Assembly (NCBI GenBank): GCA_964468255.1
Contig: CAYXTB010000004.1
Coordinates: 1-24,000, forward strand
DNA: 24,000 bases
Source: Candidatus Woesearchaeota archaeon
GTDB taxonomy: Archaea > Nanobdellota > Nanobdellia > Pacearchaeales > GW2011-AR1
Direction: 5' to 3'
Of the stretch, positions 16,714 to 22,568 are shown in pieces (positions within the stretch are counted from its first letter, which is position 1; the number at the start of each line of letters is the position of its first letter). A program made the translations under genes and the position numbers. The notes below the pieces were generated by a model. The model ran no database searches and was not told the DNA's origin. It worked only from the letters and a program-made list of their open reading frames with translations.

Positions 16714-16721
16714 TTTAAATA
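16714..16721 (+). promoter_or_regulatory. BRE/TATA (gaaAGGTTTAAATAc) for the NTase/kinase-like cassette
   Basis: The TATA starts 29 nt upstream of ATG 16743. The same AAGGTTTAAATAC 13-mer recurs at 22286-22298 and 22558-22570. Confidence 0.6.
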
Positions 16722-16742
16722 CCTTCAAAGAGAATAAATTTT

Positions 16743-17354
16743 ATGAAAATAGATTTAAGTTTAGTTAAGTATTTAGAAGATAATAGTCAGTTAGAGAGAT
16801 TTATGGGAGAATATGAAGAATTGCATGAAAGAGACGAAGAAGGCAAAGCTTATGCAAATACGATCGGTGGATGCTTAGGCATTGCTCATGACTTAAACAG
16901 AAAAAAAGTGCCCTATTGTATTATAGGCGGTTTAGCGGTTGCTTTTCATTTACATCAAGTCAATCATGCTGCATTTTTGCAATGGAGGGGAACTAGCGAT
17001 ATAGATATTTTAGCAGATAAGAAATCAGCTGAAAGGACATTGAGAGAATTTGGCTACGATTTTAGAGAAGCTCAATATGGTAAAGCTGGGGCAAAATCCG
17101 GTATTTATGTATATGCTAAAGATGATAATGGTGAATCTTTATCTCTCGGACTAAGACAAAAAGTAGAGGATAAAACAGGAAGAAATATTGCGCCTAAATT
17201 ACTTGGAAGTGCGACTGTTGTAGATGTTTATAGCATTCCAATAAGAGTTCCCATGATTAGAGATTTAGTTGCAATGAAACTCCATGCGAATAGAACAAAA
17301 GATAGGGAAGATATTAAAAGACTAAGAGAATACTATAAAGGTCTTAAACTTTAA
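16743..17354 (+). CDS. minimal nucleotidyltransferase-fold protein (AbiEii/MNT-like)
   Basis: IIGGLAVAFHL...RGTSDIDIL gives the GG...DxD pol-beta NTase signature (GG at aa 62-63, D86/D88). The C-terminal RDLVAMKLHANRTKDREDIKRL helix is typical of these NTases. Confidence 0.6.
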   Translation: MKIDLSLVKYLEDNSQLERFMGEYEELHERDEEGKAYANTIGGCLGIAHDLNRKKVPYCIIGGLAVAFHLHQVNHAAFLQWRGTSDIDILADKKSAERTLREFGYDFREAQYGKAGAKSGIYVYAKDDNGESLSLGLRQKVEDKTGRNIAPKLLGSATVVDVYSIPIRVPMIRDLVAMKLHANRTKDREDIKRLREYYKGLKL

Positions 17355-17366
17355 TATCGTATTATA

Positions 17367-18194
17367 ATGGCACTAGAAATAAAAGTGACAAGTCATAGAA
17401 TTGGTGGAAATCCTGGGGGAAAATGTGTTGTTCGCGATGCCAAGACTGAATCTCTTGGGTATTTCAAGTTTTGCTATGGCTCTAGAATAGAAGGGTATAG
17501 TCCTTTTGTGGCGGCTAATCAACCGGTTTATGAGGCAATAACTTTTGAATTAGCGCGTAGATTGGGTCTTAAAACGCCAAGTACTTTTGTTTTGTTGAAT
17601 GATCAGAAAGATGTTAGGTTTACTAACTGGAAAGAGTTCGCAAACACTCAACAGGCGCATGACCCATCTGGAAGAAGATTTTATTTTGTCTCAAAATTAA
17701 TTCCTCATCCTATAGTTCCAGATGTCGAGACCAAAAGCAGGAGTCTCTTAGAAATGCAAAAGCCATATTTGGAGAGCCTTTTGATTTCGGATATTATAAA
17801 CATAAAACAGAATTTTGCATTTTATAATAATGGAGCTGTTGGAGAGGTTAAATATATTGATCTTGGATGTAGTTTTGTACATGCAAAAGAAGGTTTCCTT
17901 CAACAGCCAAACAGACTTAGAATTATGGATTTTAACGCAGTTAGACCAATGTCAAAGAATCTTAGAAGACATACAATTATCTCTGCCGATAACGATTTTT
18001 TTATTAATACAGAAGAGTTTGTTATATCTATTCATGATATGTGTGTTCCAACTTTAAACCCCCTTGGTAGTATGAGAACTAAAGATTTGATTTCTGTTGA
18101 AGAAATAAAACATATTGTGTATTATGTTATGCAAGGTTTTACTGATAGTCTTAAAAGCTATGAGCAGAAAGGATTACTTTTGAAATCTGCTTAA
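17367..18194 (+). CDS. protein-kinase-like fold protein (HipA / PI3-4-kinase-like), possibly catalytically divergent
   Basis: The elements, in kinase order, are the Gly-rich loop RIGGNPGGK, the YEAITFELARRLGLKTP helix (as in HipA-type kinases), SDIINIKQNF and YIDLGCSF (DFG-equivalent). No canonical catalytic-loop Asp motif is evident. The fold call is from pattern only. Confidence 0.4.
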   Translation: MALEIKVTSHRIGGNPGGKCVVRDAKTESLGYFKFCYGSRIEGYSPFVAANQPVYEAITFELARRLGLKTPSTFVLLNDQKDVRFTNWKEFANTQQAHDPSGRRFYFVSKLIPHPIVPDVETKSRSLLEMQKPYLESLLISDIINIKQNFAFYNNGAVGEVKYIDLGCSFVHAKEGFLQQPNRLRIMDFNAVRPMSKNLRRHTIISADNDFFINTEEFVISIHDMCVPTLNPLGSMRTKDLISVEEIKHIVYYVMQGFTDSLKSYEQKGLLLKSA

Positions 18195-18195
18195 T

Positions 18196-18203
18196 TTTAA
18201 ATA
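18196..18203 (+). promoter_or_regulatory. TATA box (TTTAAATA) for gatE
   Basis: The box starts 29 nt upstream of ATG 18225 and 2 nt after the stop of the kinase-like gene. Confidence 0.55.
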
Positions 18204-18224
18204 ATCTGTTTTTCTATAAGTTTC

Positions 18225-19673
18225 ATGCAAATTGACTATGAAAAGCTGGGATTTAAGGCCGGGCTGGAAATACATCAGCAGCTTGACACTGGCAAGCTGT
18301 TTTGCAAATGCCCTGCTTTTTTGCAGAGCAAAGGGCCTGATTTTATTGTAAAGAGAAGATTGCATAGAGTTGCAGGAGAGACAGGAGAGGTTGACGTAGC
18401 TGCTGAGTACGAGTCTTCCCTTGGCAGGGAATTTATCTATCAAGGATACAGGGATAGTAATTGCTTGGTTGAATTGGACGAATCTCCACCTGATATGATA
18501 AATTCTGATGCATTAGAAGAGGCAATTAAAATTGCTCTTCTTTTGAATTGTGAAATTTATCCTGCTGTTCAGATAATGAGGAAGACTGTTATTGACGGTT
18601 CTAATACAAGTGGTTTTCAAAGAACTGTTCTTATCGGGCATTCAGGATTTATCGAGACGAGCTTTGGGAAAGTGCCTGTTGAATCAGTTGCATTAGAAGA
18701 AGACTCTGCGCGGATAATAAGCAAGGATGAGAAAATTAGTGTTTATAGGTTGGATAGATTGGGAATTCCTCTTGTTGAAATTGGTACAGAGCCTGTAATG
18801 AAAAGAGCAGAGCAAGTAAAAGAGGCTGCTCTGAAAATAGGGGAAATATTAAGAGCGTGCAAAGTGAAAAGAGGTATTGGAACAATAAGGCAAGATATTA
18901 ACATGAGTATAAAGGGGCATGAAAGAGTTGAAATAAAAGGTTTTCAAGAACCTTCTTTAATGGCTTTGACAATCAACAAAGAAATTGAAAGGCAGCAAAA
19001 AGAAATAAAAGAAGGAAGAGGGAAGAAGGGAGAGGTTAGAAATGCTTTGGAAAATGGCGAGACGGAATTTTTGAGGCCTCTTCCTGGAGGGGCAAGAATG
19101 TATCCTGAGACTGACTTGCCTTTATTAAGAATTGGCAGAGAAAAGATAAATGAGATAAAGAAAAAACTGCCTAAGTTAAGGCACGAGATAAGAGATGAGC
19201 TGAAAAAGAAAGGCTTGAGCGATGAACTGATAAATTTGGTTTTAGATGGTCACCTAGATGAGTTTGAAACTTTATTACAGGTTTATCCTATTGATGCTCC
19301 TCTGGTTGCTAAATTGGTAACTTTGTGGCGTCAAGAAACAGCTACTAAATTAAAAAAATCTTTCTATGAGATTGCTAAGGTTATAGATGAGAGGACTTTA
19401 GAGCATTTGTTAGAATTGGTTAAGGAAGGTAAATTGGAGAAGGGACAATTAAAAGGTGTTTTTAGTGATTTGATGATGGATATTTTGTTAGAAGATGCTG
19501 TTAAAAAAGAAAAAGTTGATGATAACAAGCTTGAAGCGGAAATTAGGGATATTGTTAAGAAAAAGCCGGGATTGACGGTAAATGCTTATATGGGCATGAT
19601 AATCCAAAAGCTTGGAAAGGAAATTGACAAAAGAAAAACAATGGAAATTCTTAGCAAGATAATTGGCAAGTAA
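18225..19673 (+). CDS. gatE: glutamyl-tRNA(Gln) amidotransferase subunit E (short form)
   Basis: GFKAGLEIHQQLDTGKLFCKCP, RRLHRVAGETGEVDVAA, NCLVELDESPP and LRPLPGGARMYPETDLP are GatE-specific blocks, and there is a YqeY-like tail. It is only 482 aa (see findings). Confidence 0.85.
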   Translation: MQIDYEKLGFKAGLEIHQQLDTGKLFCKCPAFLQSKGPDFIVKRRLHRVAGETGEVDVAAEYESSLGREFIYQGYRDSNCLVELDESPPDMINSDALEEAIKIALLLNCEIYPAVQIMRKTVIDGSNTSGFQRTVLIGHSGFIETSFGKVPVESVALEEDSARIISKDEKISVYRLDRLGIPLVEIGTEPVMKRAEQVKEAALKIGEILRACKVKRGIGTIRQDINMSIKGHERVEIKGFQEPSLMALTINKEIERQQKEIKEGRGKKGEVRNALENGETEFLRPLPGGARMYPETDLPLLRIGREKINEIKKKLPKLRHEIRDELKKKGLSDELINLVLDGHLDEFETLLQVYPIDAPLVAKLVTLWRQETATKLKKSFYEIAKVIDERTLEHLLELVKEGKLEKGQLKGVFSDLMMDILLEDAVKKEKVDDNKLEAEIRDIVKKKPGLTVNAYMGMIIQKLGKEIDKRKTMEILSKIIGK

Positions 19674-19690
19674 TTTATCTTAGATAAAGG

Positions 19691-19698
19691 TTTTTAAA
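19691..19698 (+). promoter_or_regulatory. BRE/TATA (aaaGGTTTTTAAA)
   Basis: The TATA starts 29 nt upstream of ATG 19720. Confidence 0.5.
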
Positions 19699-19719
19699 CC
19701 GACATTTTGAGTTAAATAT

Positions 19720-20010
19720 ATGAATAAGACGGTTATTGCAGGTATTGTTATATTTATTGTGCTTGCCTTTCTGTTAGGGTTTTTTGTAAATGGTATAGCA
19801 TTTACAGGAAGTGTCGTAAAGGTTGAAGAATTTAGAAGCCAATATAGTTATACAAAGGCAATTTGTAATAGTGAAAAGAAGTGTATTGATGTTTTGATAG
19901 AGTGCGAGAATGGCGAGATAAAGAAAATAGAGCCAGTTTCTGATTTAACTTCTTTTAGTGATGATTGGGAAGATCCTAGAGATAATCCTAATGAGGAATT
20001 GTGTTTTTAA
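19720..20010 (+). CDS. small signal-anchored extracellular protein with 4 Cys (unknown function)
   Basis: There is an N-terminal TM (VIAGIVIFIVLAFLLGFFV), followed by CNSEKKCIDVLIECENG...ELCF. Confidence 0.5.
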   Translation: MNKTVIAGIVIFIVLAFLLGFFVNGIAFTGSVVKVEEFRSQYSYTKAICNSEKKCIDVLIECENGEIKKIEPVSDLTSFSDDWEDPRDNPNEELCF

Positions 20011-20037
20011 TTTATATAAAATCTAAAATGAGAAAGA

Positions 20038-20045
20038 ATTAAAAA
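20038..20045 (+). promoter_or_regulatory. TATA box (ATTAAAAA) for the HIT gene
   Basis: The box starts 29 nt upstream of ATG 20067, which favours that start over GTG 20055 or ATG 20064. Confidence 0.45.
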
Positions 20046-20066
20046 CTTGAAAATGTGGGTTATATG

Positions 20067-20534
20067 ATGGCTCAAATAAGTCCCAGTGATTGCATATTTT
20101 GTAGAATTGCAAGAGGAGAAGCTCTTGCACATAAAATATGGGAAGATGACAAGCATATTGCTTTTCTTTCTATATTCCCTAATACGTGGGGGTTTTCTGT
20201 TATAGCGACAAAGAAGCATTATTCAAGCTATGCTTTTGATGTTCCTGATGATGTTTTAAAAGATTTTATTATTGCGTGCAAGAAAGTTGGTAAGCTATTG
20301 GATTTAAAATTGGAAGATGTTGGAAGGACAGGATTAATATTTGAAGGATTTGGAGTTGATCATTTACATGCCAAGCTATTCCCGATGCATGGAACGAAAG
20401 GAGATTGGACTCCTAAAAAGTCAAGTGTCAATAAGTATTATGAGAAATATGAAGGCTATATTTCCTCGCATGATTTTGAGAGAGCCAATGATGAAATATT
20501 GGCTGACTTGGCAAGGCATATAAGAGAGAGATAA
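20067..20534 (+). CDS. HIT-family nucleotide hydrolase/transferase (variant triad)
   Basis: The N-terminal CIFCRIARGE...IWEDDKHIAFLSIFP is HIT-typical. The triad region reads GVDHLHAKLFP, i.e. H-x-H-x-K rather than H-x-H-x-H. Confidence 0.7.
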   Translation: MAQISPSDCIFCRIARGEALAHKIWEDDKHIAFLSIFPNTWGFSVIATKKHYSSYAFDVPDDVLKDFIIACKKVGKLLDLKLEDVGRTGLIFEGFGVDHLHAKLFPMHGTKGDWTPKKSSVNKYYEKYEGYISSHDFERANDEILADLARHIRER

Positions 20535-20539
20535 AAAGG

Positions 20540-20547
20540 ATTAAAAA
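20540..20547 (+). promoter_or_regulatory. TATA box (ATTAAAAA) for aspS
   Basis: aaaGGATTAAAAATAC starts 29 nt upstream of ATG 20569. Confidence 0.55.
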
Positions 20548-20568
20548 TACTCCTTTTCTAAGAGAAGT

Positions 20569-21873
20569 ATGGTAGACTTGCAGAAGCTGAATAAGGAAAG
20601 AATTTATATAAATTCTTTAACAGCCAAGGATCATGGAAAGAAGGCTGTTGTGGCTGGCTGGCTTTACGACCAAAGGGATTTGGGAAAAATTAGATTTGTT
20701 CTTTTGAGGGATATTACAGGAGAGATACAGGTTACTGCATTTAAAGGAGAAACGAAAGATGCAGTTTTTAAATTAATGGCTAAAGCTTCTAGAGAAAGTG
20801 TCATTGTCGTTTCTGGAAAAGTTGTTAAGAATGCGAAGGCTCCGGGAGGAAGGGAGATTGTTCCTGAGAGCTTTGAAGTTTTGGCAGAAGCAGAGCAGTC
20901 ACTACCAATCGATGTTTCTGATTTTTCAAAGACAGAATTGCCTAAGAGGTTGGATTATAGGTTTTTGGATTTGCATAGGAGGAGGACGCAGGCGATTTTT
21001 AAGATACAGAGTACGATCGCAGGTGCTTTTAGAGAGCATTTTTACAACGAAGGATTTATAGAGATGCAGCCTCCGTGCATTATTTCTGCTGCAAGCGAGG
21101 GAGGAACAGAGCTTTTTCCTGTACAATATTTTGAGAAAAAAGCGTATTTAGCACAGAGTCCGCAGTTATATAAACAGATGCTTGCCTGTAGCATGGAAAA
21201 GACGTTCATGATTACTCCTATATGGAGGGCGGAAAAACATAATACTTCAAGGCATATTAATGAGATAAGGCAGATGGACATTGAAGCTGCTTTTGAAAAC
21301 CAGACGACTATAATGAAGCATTTGGAAGATGTTGTTAGGTATATTGTAAAAAGAGTTATTGAGAAATGCAAAAGTGAGCTGGAACTGCTTGGCGTTAAAC
21401 TTAAAGTCCCTGGAGCTGTTTATTTGAGCTACGAGGAAGCTATAAAGAAAGTTAGAGGCAGGATGGGGGATGATTTTACGCCAGAGCAGGAAAAGAAGCT
21501 TTGTGAAATGTATAAAGGAGATATTGTATTTACGCATTCTTGGCCCCAGACTTTAAAGCCATTTTATATTATGCCTAAGGATGGAAAGAAAGATGCTAAA
21601 TTAAGCGAAGGTTTCGATGCTTTGTATGGAGGTGTTGAAATCTGTTCTGGAGGGCAGAGAATCCATATTCCTTCTTTATTGATAGAGAGATTGAAGGCAA
21701 AAGGATTAAACCCTAAGAACTTTGAGGCGTATATAGATAGTTTTAGGTATGGCGCACCCATGCATAGCGGTTGGTCAATAGGCTTGGAAAGGATGACTAT
21801 GGTACTTTGCGGGTTGGATAACATTAAGGAAGCAACAATGTTTCCAAGAGACAGAGATAGACTGACCCCATAA
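20569..21873 (+). CDS. aspS: aspartyl-tRNA synthetase (archaeal type)
   Basis: There is an N-terminal OB fold (VAGWLYDQRDLGKIRFVLLRD). The class II motifs are QSPQLYKQ, PIWRAEKHNTSRHINEIRQMDIE, EICSGGQR and GWSIGLERMTM. Confidence 0.9.
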   Translation: MVDLQKLNKERIYINSLTAKDHGKKAVVAGWLYDQRDLGKIRFVLLRDITGEIQVTAFKGETKDAVFKLMAKASRESVIVVSGKVVKNAKAPGGREIVPESFEVLAEAEQSLPIDVSDFSKTELPKRLDYRFLDLHRRRTQAIFKIQSTIAGAFREHFYNEGFIEMQPPCIISAASEGGTELFPVQYFEKKAYLAQSPQLYKQMLACSMEKTFMITPIWRAEKHNTSRHINEIRQMDIEAAFENQTTIMKHLEDVVRYIVKRVIEKCKSELELLGVKLKVPGAVYLSYEEAIKKVRGRMGDDFTPEQEKKLCEMYKGDIVFTHSWPQTLKPFYIMPKDGKKDAKLSEGFDALYGGVEICSGGQRIHIPSLLIERLKAKGLNPKNFEAYIDSFRYGAPMHSGWSIGLERMTMVLCGLDNIKEATMFPRDRDRLTP

Positions 21874-21908
21874 TTATTACAATATTAATTAAACGAACTT
21901 TGTCTTGA

Positions 21909-22106
21909 TTAAAGACCTTTTTCCTTTCTTTGTGACTCTATTTGCGTTAGCCTTCTTTTCGCTTCTTCTGGCTCTTTCCTGAACAAGTTTAGCAGTTCGA
22001 GCATTTTAATAATTACTTCTTCGTACGTCTCTTTTCTGAATACCTTTAGATTGTCCAATCTCGCCTTAGTTTTTTTTGTCAGCTTTATAGTTGTTATATC
22101 TTCCAT
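21909..22106 (-). CDS. ribbon-helix-helix (CopG / putative-antitoxin-like) small protein, 65 aa
   Basis: MEDITTIKLTKKTKARLDNLKVFRKETYEEVIIKMLELL has the beta-strand/helix/helix pattern of archaeal RHH 'putative antitoxin' proteins. ATG 22106 is preferred to the track's TTG 22145, whose extension would run through a perfect palindrome. Confidence 0.55.
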   Translation of the reverse strand: MEDITTIKLTKKTKARLDNLKVFRKETYEEVIIKMLELLNLFRKEPEEAKRRLTQIESQRKEKGL

Positions 22107-22117
22107 AAGACAACTCG

Positions 22118-22137
22118 TAAGGAACCAAGGTTCCTTA
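22118..22137. promoter_or_regulatory. perfect inverted repeat TAAGGAACC-AA-GGTTCCTTA just upstream of the RHH gene
   Basis: The 9-bp arms lie 12-31 nt upstream of minus-strand ATG 22106. This is a candidate autoregulatory operator, or a 5' hairpin. Confidence 0.45.
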
Positions 22138-22194
22138 ACGTTCAATCTCCTTTAACGTGTTCAGCCTTTCTTTCATTATTTTGAGGTATATTTT

Positions 22195-22202
22195 GGTATA
22201 CT
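22195..22202. repeat. GGTATACT site (palindromic GTATAC core), copy 1
   Basis: Exact 8-mer. A half-match GGTATATT sits 10 bp to the left, at 22185-22192. Confidence 0.5.
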
Positions 22203-22266
22203 ATAATATATTTATCTCAAATAAAGAGAGTTTATAAAGCTTATCAGCAAAAATAATTAGCTATAA

Positions 22267-22283
22267 AGTATACTTGGGTATAG
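22267..22283. repeat. AGTATACT + GGTATAGA sites immediately upstream of promoter A
   Basis: GTATAC is at 22268-22273 and GTATAG at 22278-22283. They are spaced 10 bp apart and abut the BRE/TATA at 22286-22296. Confidence 0.5.
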
Positions 22284-22288
22284 AAAGG

Positions 22289-22296
22289 TTTAAATA
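22289..22296 (+). promoter_or_regulatory. BRE/TATA (gaaAGGTTTAAATAc), promoter A
   Basis: It has the same AAGGTTTAAATAC 13-mer as at 16711-16723 and 22558-22570. The predicted TSS is around 22318, and no long ORF lies downstream. Confidence 0.5.
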
Positions 22297-22317
22297 CGAG
22301 CCACGCTTATATAAAGT

Positions 22318-22445
22318 ATTATGCTGACGTTGTTTTTGCATATACGACGCCGATAAAAAAGAGATGTTGAGCGTTATACTTTCATCTATCTGGGAAAAGA
22401 GGCGATAGGTGTGTGTCGAGATCTTTCGGCGCGTATATTTTTTTA
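22318..22445 (+). ncRNA. candidate structured small RNA (~125 nt), class unknown
   Basis: - Promoter A lies upstream.
- A 12-13 bp closing stem joins 22340-22353 to 22426-22438, with a single bulged A.
- Inner hairpins are possible (22363-22366/22383-22386; 22403-22407/22414-22418).
- It is followed by T7-A-T3 and further T-runs out to about 22484.
- Its 5' end also opens an 11-codon ORF, MLTLFLHIRRR*. Confidence 0.35.
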
Positions 22446-22484
22446 TTTCTGCAGTTTTTATATCTGTTTTTCCCTTTGTTTTGC
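22438..22484 (+). terminator. cluster of oligo-T runs (T7, T5, T5, T4)
   Basis: tttttttatttctgcagtttttatatctgtttttccctttgtttt. All runs are T on the + strand, consistent with termination of a + strand transcript. Confidence 0.45.
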
Positions 22485-22510
22485 AATGGTTTTTCCAGTG
22501 GAAATGGCAG

Positions 22511-22549
22511 GGTATACTAAATTATGATAAGGTATACTTAAGTCTATAC
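22511..22549. repeat. two exact GGTATACT sites (22511-22518, 22531-22538) plus a degenerate third (TCTATACT, 22543-22550) upstream of promoter B
   Basis: The exact copies are spaced 20 bp apart, about two helical turns. They lie directly upstream of the BRE/TATA at 22558-22568. Confidence 0.5.
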
Positions 22550-22560
22550 TAAAGATAAGG

Positions 22561-22568
22561 TTTAAATA
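22561..22568 (+). promoter_or_regulatory. BRE/TATA (taAGGTTTAAATAc), promoter B for the 214-aa ORF
   Basis: The predicted TSS is around 22590, giving an unusual ~38-nt leader before ATG 22628. Confidence 0.5.

Noticed and set aside
22107-22145. 13-codon N-terminal extension of the RHH protein from a TTG start
   Set aside because: The start is non-ATG, and the extension would translate straight through a perfect 20-bp palindrome. The RHH beta strand begins right after ATG 22106.
22354-22405. Second micro-ORF in the sRNA candidate (ATG 22363, MLSVILSSIWEKRR*) and the idea that 22262-22450 is merely a decayed duplicate of the 22530-22700 gene start
   Set aside because: Beyond the promoter module and the TACGACGCCGA 11-mer, I could not align the downstream sequences convincingly. 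The micro-ORF has no start signals. Duplication ancestry remains possible but does not explain the 12-bp closing stem and terminator.
22401-22418. GGCGAUAGGUGUGUGUCG resembles the 5' part of the fluoride (crcB) riboswitch (GGCGAUGGUGU...)
   Set aside because: The rest of the crcB motif is absent, including the conserved 3' CUGAUGAUGCCUAC-like segment and the pseudoknot partner. No fluoride-related gene lies downstream.
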